DNA of 64,000 nucleotides from Gemmatimonadales bacterium (GCA_044867445.1 JBIOUY010000370.1:9037-73036); one strand, 5' to 3'; shown: positions 29,480 to 39,150, numbered from the stretch's first letter. Notes: a model not told the origin generated them from the sequence alone. A program made the numbers and translations.

Positions 29480-29893
29480 ATGGCGCTGAGTATCGGTCAG
29501 ATAGCGACGGCGGGCAACGTGAACATCCAGACGATCCGCTATTACGAGCGGCGGGGTCTCTTTCCGGCTCCCCGGCGCACCGCCGCAGGCTATCGGCAGT
29601 ACCCTGATGATGCGGTAGCGCGTCTCCGCTTCATCAAGCACGCGCAGGAGCTCGGCTTCTCCCTCAATGAGATCCAGGACTTGCTCGGACTGCGGGTCCG
29701 GCACGGCGCCGCGTGCGATGTGGTCGAGCGCAAGACCAGGCAGAAGATCGAGGTTGTCCAACAGAGGATCCGTGACCTCCAGCGTATGAAGCGCACTCTG
29801 GAGCGGCTCGCTGCGGCATGTGCGGCCAGACGGCCGACGGACGACTGCCCGATCCTAGAGGTGTTGGAAGACGATGACGACACCAGTCACTAA
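29480..29893 (+). CDS. merR: Hg(II)-responsive MerR regulator
   Basis: TIRYYERRGL, AQELGFSL, three Cys (AAC..AC..DCPIL). Confidence 0.9.
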   Translation: MALSIGQIATAGNVNIQTIRYYERRGLFPAPRRTAAGYRQYPDDAVARLRFIKHAQELGFSLNEIQDLLGLRVRHGAACDVVERKTRQKIEVVQQRIRDLQRMKRTLERLAAACAARRPTDDCPILEVLEDDDDTSH

Positions 29894-30227
29894 AACGGCA
29901 CTCGCCACGACCGGGGGCGTCGCCGCCGCCATCGCGTCGGCACTCTGCTGCGCCGGGCCGCTGGTCGCGGTCGCGCTCGGCCTGAGCGGCGCGGGGCTGG
30001 CTGCGACGTTCGAACCGTTGCGACCCTACTTCGTGGCCGCCACCATCCTCGCCCTCGGCTTCGGCTTCGTCGTGCTGCGCCGTGAGGAGAGGAAGGCGTG
30101 CGAGCCCGACACCCTATGTGCCTCGCCGATCGCCCGCCGCCGCATGAAGCGGTCGCTGTGGATCGCGACCGGGATTGCTGTCCCGCTCGCCACCTTCCCC
30201 TGGTGGTCGAGATTCATTCTGTCTTAG
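29874..30227 (+). CDS. merT: Mercuric transport protein MerT
   Basis: ALCCAGPL, PLRPYF, ACEPDTLCA. Confidence 0.9.
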   Translation: MTTPVTKTALATTGGVAAAIASALCCAGPLVAVALGLSGAGLAATFEPLRPYFVAATILALGFGFVVLRREERKACEPDTLCASPIARRRMKRSLWIATGIAVPLATFPWWSRFILS

Positions 30228-30236
30228 GAGAAGACG

Positions 30237-30617
30237 ATGCTGTCCAACACGGTGGTACTAGCCGCCTTCACCGCGCTCGCTGGCGCTGGGGCACTCTGCC
30301 CATTGTGTGATGCAGGTGCCAGCCCAGTTGGAGCTCCGCAAGTCTCAGTGTGGCACGAGGCCACGGACACCGCAACCGTGAAACTCCACATCTCGGGGAT
30401 GACCTGCGGAAGCTGCCCGGTGACGGCGCGGACCGCGCTCAAGCGGCTTCCCGGGGTTCTGGATGCCAAGGTGACCTTGGATGACAGCCTCGGCGTCGTG
30501 ACCTACGATCCGCGCAAGGTCACCCCTGGGCAGATCGCGGCCCACCTCACACGGCTCACCGGGTACGGCGCGCGGATCATCACCGAGAGCCCGAAGGCGG
30601 AGCGTCAGGGAGCGTAA
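30237..30617 (+). CDS. merP: MerP-like periplasmic metal-binding protein
   Basis: Signal peptide, GMTCGSCP HMA motif, extra CPLC. Confidence 0.8.
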   Translation: MLSNTVVLAAFTALAGAGALCPLCDAGASPVGAPQVSVWHEATDTATVKLHISGMTCGSCPVTARTALKRLPGVLDAKVTLDDSLGVVTYDPRKVTPGQIAAHLTRLTGYGARIITESPKAERQGA

Positions 30618-30622
30618 ACGCA

Positions 30623-30814
30623 GTGTCTGATCGTTGGACTTTGGGCCTTGTCGTCGCGGCAATCGTCTGCTGCGCCGTCCCCGTGTTGATCGCCGCCGGG
30701 ATTGTGGGAGCGGCGTGGGCGCTCGCGCGCGAGCACTGGGGCTGGCTCGTGGTGGGACTTGGGCTCGCCGGACTCGCTATCGTCATAGGATCGCGGCGCG
30801 CGCGGGAACCGTGA
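30623..30814 (+). CDS. Small two-helix mercury transport protein (MerF/MerE-like)
   Basis: AAIVCCAVPVL in the first transmembrane helix; within the mer operon. Confidence 0.6.
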   Translation: MSDRWTLGLVVAAIVCCAVPVLIAAGIVGAAWALAREHWGWLVVGLGLAGLAIVIGSRRAREP

Positions 30815-30924
30815 CCGTCTTATGACTGAGTCGGATCATACCGGAGCGCCGACACCCTGGTGGCAGAATACAGTCGATGCTCGCCCGATCGACGGGTGAT
30901 TGCGATGGAGGCAACGAGGTGAAC

Positions 30925-32583
30925 GTGACCCGAGAAGTGACCCTCGAAATCCAGGGTATGACGTGCGACCACTGCGAGCGCACGGTGGCGAACGCCCTCA
31001 AGGCCGTGCCTGGGGTGGCGGAGGTGCTGAGCGTGAGCTCGGCGTCAGGCCTGGCGCGCATTGCGGCCGGGCCCGAGGCCACGGCCGAGCGGATCGAAGC
31101 GGCTGTGGCGAAGGCGGGCTACCGAGCCCGCGTGCCGGAGGCTCGGACCGGGTCGGCGCCCGCCGTACTCGTGCGTACCGACACCGATTTTGATCTCGTG
31201 ATCGTCGGGGGCGGTTCCGCCGGGTTCGCGGCGGCCATCAAAGGGGCGGAGTTTGGGGCCCGGGTGGCGATGGCCGAGGCCGGCACCCTGGGCGGGACGT
31301 GCGTCAACGTCGGCTGCATCCCGTCCAAGACGCTCATCCGGGCGGCCGAGGCGAACCACCGTCGGGTTAACCACGGATTCGCCGGCATCCCGGCGACCGA
31401 TGGCAGGCCGGACTGGGAGCGCGTCCGCCACCAGAAGGACGACCTGGTCGCGCAATTGCGGCAGGCCAAGTACTGGGACGTCCTTCGCTCGTACGAGGAC
31501 ATCACGCTCTTCGAGCAACGGGCCACTCTCGGCTCGGGCCGCGCGGTGCGCCTGGCCGACGGCCGCACCCTCACGGCGGGCAAGATCGTCGTCACGACGG
31601 GGGCCTCGCCGTGGGCACCCCCAATCCCAGGGCTAGCCGAGGCCGGCTATCTCGACAACGCCAGCGCGATGGCGCTCGACCGGCTGCCGAGCTCCTTGGC
31701 CGTGATCGGGGCGAGCGCTGTCGGGCTCGAGCTGGCACAAATGTTCGCACGCTTGGGGGTTGAGGTCACGGTGCTCGAGGCCTTGCCGCGCGTCGTCCCC
31801 GCGGAGGACCCGGCGATCGGGGATGTGCTCGGGGAGTACCTGCGCGCGGAGGGGCTGGCGGTGCACGCGGGCGTCCAGATCGAGCGGGTGAGTCGTGGCG
31901 GCGACGGGTATGCCGTCGCCTTCCGCGGCCAAGGCGGACCCCAGACGCTCCGGGCAGAGCAGCTCCTCGTCGCCACTGGCCGGCGGGCCAACACTAACGG
32001 GGTCGGCCTGGAGACGGTTGGCGTGGGGCTCGGCAAGAAGGGCGAGATCGTGGCCAACGAGTTCCTCCAGACCGCGAACGCGGACGTCTACGCCGCGGGT
32101 GACGTTCTCGGCGATCCGATGTTCGTCTACGTGGCCGCCTACGGGGGAACCGTTGCGGCGGAGAACGCGCTGGGCGGCAACTCCCGGCGCTATGACCTCT
32201 CGGCGCTCCCCAAGATCACGTTCACCGATCCCGCCGTGGCCTCGGTAGGGCTCACCGAGGCCGACGCGCGGTCGCGGGGCATCGAGCCGTTGGTCTCGCA
32301 GCTCCCGCTCGAGCACGTGCCCCGCGCGCTCGCGGCACGCGATACCCGCGGGTTCGTGAAGCTCGTGGCCGACGCCGCGACCCGCAAAATCATCGGGGCC
32401 CAGATCCTGGCCGCCGAGGCGGGAGAGATGATTACCGAGCCGGCGTTGGCGATCAAGTTCGGGCTGTCGGTCGAGGACATCGCGTCGACATTCCACCCCT
32501 ATCTCACCTTGTCGGAAGCGATCAAGCTCGCCGCCCAGACCTTCGACAAGGACGTGGGGAAACTGTCGTGCTGCGCCGCGTAG
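30925..32583 (+). CDS. merA: Mercuric reductase
   Basis: NmerA GMTCDHC, GGTCVNVGCIPSK, FHPYLT, C-terminal KLSCCA. Confidence 0.96.
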   Translation: MTREVTLEIQGMTCDHCERTVANALKAVPGVAEVLSVSSASGLARIAAGPEATAERIEAAVAKAGYRARVPEARTGSAPAVLVRTDTDFDLVIVGGGSAGFAAAIKGAEFGARVAMAEAGTLGGTCVNVGCIPSKTLIRAAEANHRRVNHGFAGIPATDGRPDWERVRHQKDDLVAQLRQAKYWDVLRSYEDITLFEQRATLGSGRAVRLADGRTLTAGKIVVTTGASPWAPPIPGLAEAGYLDNASAMALDRLPSSLAVIGASAVGLELAQMFARLGVEVTVLEALPRVVPAEDPAIGDVLGEYLRAEGLAVHAGVQIERVSRGGDGYAVAFRGQGGPQTLRAEQLLVATGRRANTNGVGLETVGVGLGKKGEIVANEFLQTANADVYAAGDVLGDPMFVYVAAYGGTVAAENALGGNSRRYDLSALPKITFTDPAVASVGLTEADARSRGIEPLVSQLPLEHVPRALAARDTRGFVKLVADAATRKIIGAQILAAEAGEMITEPALAIKFGLSVEDIASTFHPYLTLSEAIKLAAQTFDKDVGKLSCCAA

Positions 32584-32605
32584 CCGGGGACGAAGGAGAA
32601 CACGG

Positions 32606-33958
32606 GTGGGAGAGTCGTTCGACCTCGTCGTGATCGGGACGGGCAGCGGCGGCTCGGCGTCGGCGAGCCGATGCCGCGAGGCGGGCTGGCGGGTCGCCGT
32701 CGTGGACGACCAGCCGTACGGCGGCACCTGCGCCCTCCGCGGGTGCGATCCCAAGAAAGTGCTGGTAGGCGCGGCAGATCTCGTGGACTGGCACCGGCGC
32801 ATGGCGGGGCACGGCGTCGCGGCCGACGCCCGCATCGACTGGCCGACCCTCATGCGATTCAAGCGCAGCTTTACCGACCCAGTGCCCGCGAGCCGCGCCG
32901 CGGCGTTTGAGAAGGCCGGCATCGCCACCTACCATGGTGCGGCCCGGTTTATCGGCGAGGACTGCCTCGTGGTCGCGGGTCGCGAGCTCGAGGCGCGACA
33001 CGTCGTGCTTGCCAGCGGGGCCGAGCCCAAGCGGCTCGACATCCCGGGCGAGGAGCACCTGCGGACCAGCACTGACTTCCTCGAGCTCGACCAGCTTCCA
33101 AAGCGAATTGCGCTCGTCGGGGCCGGCTACATTGCATTCGAGTTCGCGCACATCGCTCGCCGCGCGGGCGCGGAGGTCGTGATGCTCGGCCGGGAGCGGG
33201 CACTCCCCCAGTTCGACCAGGATTTGGTGCAGCGACTCGTGAGCCACACGCGGACGCTCGGTGTAGACGTGCGGTTGAACGCGCCCGCGACGGCGATCGA
33301 GGCCCGCGGCAATGGATACCGGGTGCACTTTCGCGGACCGAGCGGCGACGAGGCGCTGGAGGCCGACCTCGTGGTGCACGCCGCCGGTCGCGTGCCGAAG
33401 ACGAGGGAACTCGACTTCGGCACGGCAAAGGTGAGGACGGACGCGCGGGGTGCGGTGGAGGTGAACGAGTACCTGCAGAGCGCCTCCAACCCGAGGGTCT
33501 ACGCGGCTGGCGACTCCGCGCTGCCACCGGGATCACTCCCGCTCACGCCAGTGGCCGCTCACGAGGGCTTGGTCGTCGCATCGAATCTCCTACACGGCAA
33601 TCAGAAGAAACCTGACTACCGGGGCATACCGAGCGTCGTCTTCACGATCCCGCCGCTGGCGGGTGTCGGGCTCACCGAGGCCGAGGCACGGCGGCAGCCG
33701 CTCGATGTCCGGGTGAACATGGAGGACACATCGCGGTGGTACGCGAACCGGCGGGTGAACCAGAGCTGCGCCATGTTCAAGACCATCGTGGAGAACGGGA
33801 GCGACCGCATTCTTGGCGCGCACCTGCTGGGCCCGGATGCAGACGAGGTCATCAACCTCTTTGCCCTCGCCATTCGTCACGGCCTCACGGCAACGCATCT
33901 CAAGCATGAGATCTACGCCTACCCGACCAGCGGGTCGGATGTACCGCACATGCTCTGA
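32606..33958 (+). CDS. Glutathione reductase-like pyridine nucleotide-disulfide oxidoreductase
   Basis: GGTCALRGCDPKK, GAGYI, YAYPT. Confidence 0.9.
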   Translation: MGESFDLVVIGTGSGGSASASRCREAGWRVAVVDDQPYGGTCALRGCDPKKVLVGAADLVDWHRRMAGHGVAADARIDWPTLMRFKRSFTDPVPASRAAAFEKAGIATYHGAARFIGEDCLVVAGRELEARHVVLASGAEPKRLDIPGEEHLRTSTDFLELDQLPKRIALVGAGYIAFEFAHIARRAGAEVVMLGRERALPQFDQDLVQRLVSHTRTLGVDVRLNAPATAIEARGNGYRVHFRGPSGDEALEADLVVHAAGRVPKTRELDFGTAKVRTDARGAVEVNEYLQSASNPRVYAAGDSALPPGSLPLTPVAAHEGLVVASNLLHGNQKKPDYRGIPSVVFTIPPLAGVGLTEAEARRQPLDVRVNMEDTSRWYANRRVNQSCAMFKTIVENGSDRILGAHLLGPDADEVINLFALAIRHGLTATHLKHEIYAYPTSGSDVPHML

Positions 33959-33991
33959 CGAGCGTAGGACGCTCGAGGCAAGGAGGAAGTC

Positions 33992-34867
33992 TTGAGCGAC
34001 TGTTACGCGGTTTCTCGGAGAGATCGGGATCCTGCGGCGAATCCCGCGGGCTTCGGTGTCGGCCGGCCGCTTAAGACACTCGACGTCGCCGGCTTTCGAC
34101 TGCGCGACGCGGTCTACGGCCCGGCGCTGGAGATTCCACGGCAACCGTCCCCCTGGGCGGGCCTGTGCCTCGTGATCGAGGGCGGGTACGTGGCGGACTG
34201 GGGGCGGGTCCGCATCCGCTACGGTGCCGGATCGCTCATGTTTCACCCGCCGGACGAGGTATTCGGTGGCCGCGTTTCGGATGCTGGAAGTCACTGTTTC
34301 ACGGTGGCGATCGCCCCAGAGGTCTTCCTGGCCGCGGCCGGCGCCGTCCCGGCGCTGACCAGCCTTCGGGCCCCGCTCAGCGCCTCGCCCAGCTGGATCG
34401 CTTTCCGCCTCCACGCGGAGCTTGAGTTCGAGGACGACCTGTCGCCGGCGTCCATCGAGAGCGCGGTGCTCGAGCTGCTCGCCGCTTTCGTTCACCGGCC
34501 CGCCCTGGAGGTTGGGGGTGCCCCGCCTCCCTGGCTCGAGCGCATCCGAGAACGCATCCACGATGAGTTCACGCGAACTCTGACGTTGGCCACGCTCGCC
34601 GAGACCGCCGGCGTCCACCGCGTGCACGTCGCCCGCGCGTTTCGGCAACATTACCGGTGCACCGTTGGCGACTACGTCCGCCAGCGCCGCGTCGAGTTCG
34701 CGAGCCACCGACTCGCCGCCTCACGCGAGCCGCTGTCCGAGATCGCGTTCGACGCCGGGTTCGCCGACCAAAGCCACTTCACCAACACGTTCCGGCGGCT
34801 GGTAGGAATGACGCCGGCGGCCTTCCGGAGCCGGTTCAGCCCTCACCGCGCGCTCGCGCGGCGCTAA
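33992..34867 (+). CDS. AraC family transcriptional regulator
   Basis: PPWLERIRE, GVHRVHVARAF, GFADQSHFTNTF..GMTP. Confidence 0.92.
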   Translation: MSDCYAVSRRDRDPAANPAGFGVGRPLKTLDVAGFRLRDAVYGPALEIPRQPSPWAGLCLVIEGGYVADWGRVRIRYGAGSLMFHPPDEVFGGRVSDAGSHCFTVAIAPEVFLAAAGAVPALTSLRAPLSASPSWIAFRLHAELEFEDDLSPASIESAVLELLAAFVHRPALEVGGAPPPWLERIRERIHDEFTRTLTLATLAETAGVHRVHVARAFRQHYRCTVGDYVRQRRVEFASHRLAASREPLSEIAFDAGFADQSHFTNTFRRLVGMTPAAFRSRFSPHRALARR

Positions 34868-34929
34868 TCCGCTTCAATCGCGACGCTACGGGCTTCCAAG
34901 ACCGGGCGCACTGACCGGCCTAGGTTGCG
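34863..34929 (+). promoter_or_regulatory. Putative AraC-activated promoter, copy 1
   Basis: GCTA-N8-CAA direct repeat with 22-bp period, then TAGGTT; 61/67 identical to 37047-37113. Confidence 0.65.
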
Positions 34930-34988
34930 TTGGGGGTGTTCTTTGAGCCCCTAGCCGTAATCCACTACTCAGGCGAAAGGAGAGTCAG

Positions 34989-35672
34989 ATGACAGGGAAG
35001 AACTCGAAGGCCCTAGACCAGTTATGGGAGGCGGCACTGCCCACGCCGTCGCCCGAGGAACAGCGAGCCGGGCTGGTGCTGCTCGGCGAGTTGGCCGAGG
35101 GCCAGCCCGTGACGGTCGCGCAGTTCGCCGCGGCGCTGGGCGGATCGGTGGGCGCGGTGGAAGCGATGCTGAACGCGTGGCCGCTGCGCCCGCTCGTGTA
35201 CACGGACGAGGATGGCCGACTCGCGGGCTTCTTCGGCCTCTCGACCGTCCGCACGCACCACCGGTTCTCGATCAACGGTCGCACCTTGTGGGCGAATTGC
35301 GCTGGGGACAGCCTCTCTCTGCCGGAGCTCCTCGGTGAGACCGCCCACGTGGAGTCGCGGGACCCGGAAAGCGGCCAGCAGGTCCATCTCACGATCTCGC
35401 CGGCGCGCGTCGAGGCCGTGGAGCCGAAGGACGTCGTGGTGTCTTTCCTGGCGCCGGACACAGTCGACTTCACGTCGGCTACGCGGATCGTCGCGACGGC
35501 CTGCCACTACGTCTTCTTCTTCGCCTCCCGAGCGTCGGGGGAGCGCTGGCTGGCCAAGCACCCCGGCAAGCTCCTGCTGTCGCTCGACGAGGCCTTCGCG
35601 CTCGTGAAGCGGATTAACGCGCACGTCTTCGGGCGGGGACTCGAGCGGCGGCGCCGAGCGGGCGCGGCATGA
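34989..35672 (+). CDS. merB: Organomercurial lyase MerB-like protein 1
   Basis: THHRF..LWANCAGD (Cys, Asp), ESRDP, TACHYVFFF (Cys). Confidence 0.8.
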   Translation: MTGKNSKALDQLWEAALPTPSPEEQRAGLVLLGELAEGQPVTVAQFAAALGGSVGAVEAMLNAWPLRPLVYTDEDGRLAGFFGLSTVRTHHRFSINGRTLWANCAGDSLSLPELLGETAHVESRDPESGQQVHLTISPARVEAVEPKDVVVSFLAPDTVDFTSATRIVATACHYVFFFASRASGERWLAKHPGKLLLSLDEAFALVKRINAHVFGRGLERRRRAGAA

Positions 35673-35923
35673 CGGGAATGTTTCGAGGGCTCAGCGGGAT
35701 GCACCAGCGAAGCCATGAGACGATGGACGTGCCCGTGACCGGGTGCGGCCCCTACAGTTGCTGCCTCCTAGCGATGACGATTGCCAGGGTGAGGAACCTG
35801 CCGGGGGTCGAGCATGCGAGGGTGAAGGTCTTCCCCCTCACGTTCCTCAGTAAGACCCTCAGGGTCACGTACGATCCCAGCCGCGTCTCGCCCAACCAGA
35901 TCCGCCGCTACTGTGAGATCTGA
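35669..35923 (+). CDS. Small HMA-like protein with atypical Cys motif
   Basis: VTGCGPYSCC..LPGVEHARV..VTYDPSRVSP; ATGA overlap with merB-like 1. Confidence 0.6.
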   Translation: MTGMFRGLSGMHQRSHETMDVPVTGCGPYSCCLLAMTIARVRNLPGVEHARVKVFPLTFLSKTLRVTYDPSRVSPNQIRRYCEI

Positions 35924-35937
35924 GGGAGCGCGCGACA

Positions 35938-36846
35938 GTGACTGATCCGTCGTACTGGTTCGAGTACTGGTACATCTTCCCGGTCGCCATGGCGATCTGC
36001 CTAACGGTCTGCACCGTGGGCATCGAGGGAGCTGTGCTGTTCGTCCCGTTCTTCACCCTAGTGTTCCCGCTCCTGATTGCGCCGCTCGAGCCGGTGCAAG
36101 CCGTCGCCATCGGGCTCATCACGGAGGTCTTCGGGTTCATCAGCGCCCTGATCGCCTGGTGGCGCGCGGGGCTCATCGACCTGACGATCGGCAAGCGCTC
36201 GGCGCTCCTCTCCGTCCCCTTCGCCCTGGTAGGCGGGTTTGTGTCTTATCTCCTCCCCTCCTGGCTGCTCCTCGCGGTCATCGGGCTGGCAATGGCGATG
36301 ATCGGTTTGCAGCTCTGGCAGTTCCGGATGGACGCAGCGCTGGACGGGGAGGAGAGCCCTCCAGCGCCGACCGAGCGCGTTCCGTCTAACCCCACGTCCA
36401 CCGCGGCCGCGTTCGAGCGCCGGATGCGAGACCGCTGGGGGAGGGAGTACGTGTACCGTTACCGCGAGGATGGCCGCCGCCTTGGGGTCGTAGGTTTCGG
36501 GGGTCTGTTCGAGGGGCTAGCGGGGTTCGGCATCGGCGTCATGGGCGTGGGCGACCTGATCCTGCGGCGGATCCCCATCCGTGTCGCGATTGGGACGAGT
36601 CACGCCATCATCGCCGTTACGGCGATCGCCGCCGCAGTTCCGCACGTGTACGAGGTGACGGTGGCCGAGAGGCCTCTCCCCTGGAACGTGATCGCCATGA
36701 CCGTGCCGGCCGTCACCATCACGGCCCAGGCAAGCTCCTACGTGGCGGGCTATCTGCCTCAGGATCTCATGAAAAAGATCATCGCTGCCCTCCTCGTGAT
36801 CCTGGGTTTGTTCACCATCGGGCGCGGCCTCTACCTGTTCTTGTAG
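35938..36846 (+). CDS. TSUP (TauE/SafE) family membrane transporter
   Basis: GIEGAVLFVP, GLAGFGIG, IPIRVAIGTS; multiple hydrophobic helices. Confidence 0.85.
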   Translation: MTDPSYWFEYWYIFPVAMAICLTVCTVGIEGAVLFVPFFTLVFPLLIAPLEPVQAVAIGLITEVFGFISALIAWWRAGLIDLTIGKRSALLSVPFALVGGFVSYLLPSWLLLAVIGLAMAMIGLQLWQFRMDAALDGEESPPAPTERVPSNPTSTAAAFERRMRDRWGREYVYRYREDGRRLGVVGFGGLFEGLAGFGIGVMGVGDLILRRIPIRVAIGTSHAIIAVTAIAAAVPHVYEVTVAERPLPWNVIAMTVPAVTITAQASSYVAGYLPQDLMKKIIAALLVILGLFTIGRGLYLFL

Positions 36847-36868
36847 GGGCGGCCGAAAGGGACCGGTA

Positions 36869-37051
36869 GGCCGCAGTTCGGACGCTGGAAGTCACTGCCT
36901 TACCGTGGCGATCGCCCCAGACCTGTTTCTGGCGCGGCCCACGCCGTCCCGGCGCTGTGACCAGCCTCGAGGCCCGGCTCAGCGCCCCGCCTGACCTCCT
37001 CGCCCTTCCGAAAGCCGTTTCAGCCCGCCCCGCGACGCTCGCGCGGGCTAA
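36869..37051 (+). pseudogene. Deleted remnant of a second araC copy
   Basis: Matches about 34268-34390 and 34820-34867 with an internal deletion and indels. Confidence 0.8.
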
Positions 37052-37113
37052 TCCGCTTCAATCGCGACGCTACGGGTGTCCAAGACCGGGCGAGCCGCCC
37101 GGCCTAGGTTGCG
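37047..37113 (+). promoter_or_regulatory. Putative AraC-activated promoter, copy 2
   Basis: Near-identical to 34863-34929. Confidence 0.65.
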
Positions 37114-37178
37114 CCCTAGGTGTGCTATGCGTGGCGCAAGCTCTGTAATCCACTTCCGCAGCGAGGGGAGAGAGTCCG

Positions 37179-37868
37179 ATGACGCGAGCGAACATTCCCA
37201 CCGTGGATCAGTACTGGAACGCGCTGGCGAGCGTATTGCCGACGTTCACGCCCGAAGAGCAGCGAGCCGCCCTGACGCTCTATCGGGAACTCGCGAAGGG
37301 CCAGCCAGTCGAACTCTCCCGGTTCGGCCAGGCGCTCGGCGTGACCGCGGCCGAGGCCCAGGCGTTGCTCAACCGGGACTCCCTGAAGTGGTTGGTCTAC
37401 CCTGACGACCAGGGCCGGGTCGTCGGCTTCGGCGGGCTCGCGGCCTCGCCGATGCACCACCGCTTCGAGATAGCCGGCCGAACCCTGTGGACGTGGTGCG
37501 CATGGGACGCGCTCTTCATGCCGGAGCGACTGGGGCAGCGGGCCCGCGTCGTGTCGCCCGACCCCGAGTCCGGCGAGCCGGTCGAGCTCGTCTTGACGCC
37601 GCAGGAGATCGAGGCGGTGCACCCCGAGGAAGCGGTCGTTTCCTTCTTGCTACCCGATGCCCGCGACCTCACGTCGGCCAGCAACGCGATCGCGAAGTGG
37701 TGCCACTTCGTCTTCTTCTTCACCTCCGGGAGCTCGGGGGAGCGCTGGGTGGCGAAGCATCCCGGGACGTTTCTCTACTCGGTCGAGGACGCGTTCGCGC
37801 TCGCCCGGCGCGCCAACGCGAAATACTTCGGTTCGGCGCTCGCCCAGCGCGGAGCGGCGGTACCGTGA
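37179..37868 (+). CDS. merB: Organomercurial lyase MerB-like protein 2
   Basis: HHRFEIAGRTLWTWCAWDAL, KWCHFVFFF. Confidence 0.85.
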   Translation: MTRANIPTVDQYWNALASVLPTFTPEEQRAALTLYRELAKGQPVELSRFGQALGVTAAEAQALLNRDSLKWLVYPDDQGRVVGFGGLAASPMHHRFEIAGRTLWTWCAWDALFMPERLGQRARVVSPDPESGEPVELVLTPQEIEAVHPEEAVVSFLLPDARDLTSASNAIAKWCHFVFFFTSGSSGERWVAKHPGTFLYSVEDAFALARRANAKYFGSALAQRGAAVP

Positions 37869-37929
37869 CGACAACTCATCACAGATTAACCATGAGATGC
37901 CACGGACGTCCCGTGGCAAGGAGGTAACT

Positions 37930-38483
37930 ATGACGGCCACCACTGACCTACCCGCGCACCTGGCGCGCACGCTCGAGGAGAGCTCCGGCGCAGCGGCGAT
38001 CTGGGGAGGACCTGACCGCGACCTTTGACGCGTACCTGACGTAGTCGGAGGCGATCAAAGCCCACGGCGCACACGTTCGACAAGAAGTGGCGTGGCGTAT
38101 GTTGCGTTTGGTGCGCAGGAGACACCCTGTTTCTGCCGGAAGTCCTCGGTGAGACCGCCGCGGTCGAGTCACGCGACCCCGAGAGCGGCGAGCTCATCCG
38201 GCTCACGATTTCGCCCACCCGCATCGAGGCCGTGGAGCCGAAGGAGGTCACCGTGTCCTACTTGCGGCCGGACACGGTGGACTTCACGTCGGCGACCCAG
38301 ATCATGGCGACCGCGTGCCACCACATCTTCTTCCTCGCCTCGCGAGCGTCGGGGGAGCGCTGGGTGACCAAGCATCCGGGAAAAGTGCTGCTCTCGCTGG
38401 ATGAGGTTTTCACGCTGGCGAGGCGGCACAACGCGCAGGTGTTCGGAGAGGAGCTGGCGCGGCGGCGCGCAGCCCGGGCGTAG
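37930..38483 (+). pseudogene. MerB-like 3, N-terminally disrupted
   Basis: Frame from 38043 reads PTAHTF..VWCAGDTLFLP..TACHHIFF; 5' part deleted or out of frame, TGA at 38037. Confidence 0.8.
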
Positions 38484-38584
38484 TCACAGCCCGCGTCCGG
38501 ATCGGGCGTCTGCACACGCTGTACGTCTCGTGCGCACCGGATGTCCTGGTACTGCCCACGATCCTCGGTCTCTCCGCCCGACTC

Positions 38585-38780
38585 GTGTCTCCCTGTCACA
38601 CGACTAAGGAGCCCATTACGGTCGACGTGGGGCTCGAAGGCATCGACAAGGTAACGCCGCCGTCGGCGGTGGTGTCCTGGTGGCCCGACGCTTTCAACTC
38701 AAGCGACATTCGGAACTCCAGTTGCGTCAACCAGAACCTGTTTCGTTCCGCGCCGCTGCGTAAGCAGATGAGTCGGTGGA
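38585..38780 (+). pseudogene. MerB-like 4 fragment
   Basis: SPCHTTKEPITVDV..VTPPSAVVS..IRNSSC..NLFRS resembles the MerB C-terminal half. Confidence 0.55.
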
Positions 38781-38990
38781 TCGAAGAGGCCTGCGCTACG
38801 CCCCGATCTATCTCCGGATCGCCCTGGGCGTGACGTCTCTCGCGGCCGTGACTGACCGGTTCGGGATGTGGGGGCCACCGGTGGTTCGTGACCGCCGCCG
38901 AGACCGTCCTCGCGGTGTGGCCCTCATTCTCGGGTATCGTACGAGGACGGCGCGATTCTGAGCGGCTTGCTCGGTCTTCTCTGCTTCAGC
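38776..38990 (+). pseudogene. DoxX-like membrane protein remnant
   Basis: YLRIALG..AVTDRFGMWG, then TAAETVL..LILGYRTR in shifted frames. Confidence 0.5.
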
Positions 38991-39150
38991 AGGGGCGTTC
39001 CTGCTTGCCTAGTGCATTCGGCGTGAAGGAAGGACGCGCGATATGCATTCGGCGGACCGGGCGCCCGCGTCACTCGCATGAGGGAGTACGTCCTTGGTTC
39101 CCTCCATGAACGCCGCGCCGCTCCCAAGCAGCCCAGACCCGACCCCTTCG

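Noticed and set aside
38037-38039. In-frame TGA as selenocysteine in MerB-like 3
   Set aside because: Not at a catalytic Cys position, and the upstream sequence is deleted and out of frame; pseudogene is simpler.
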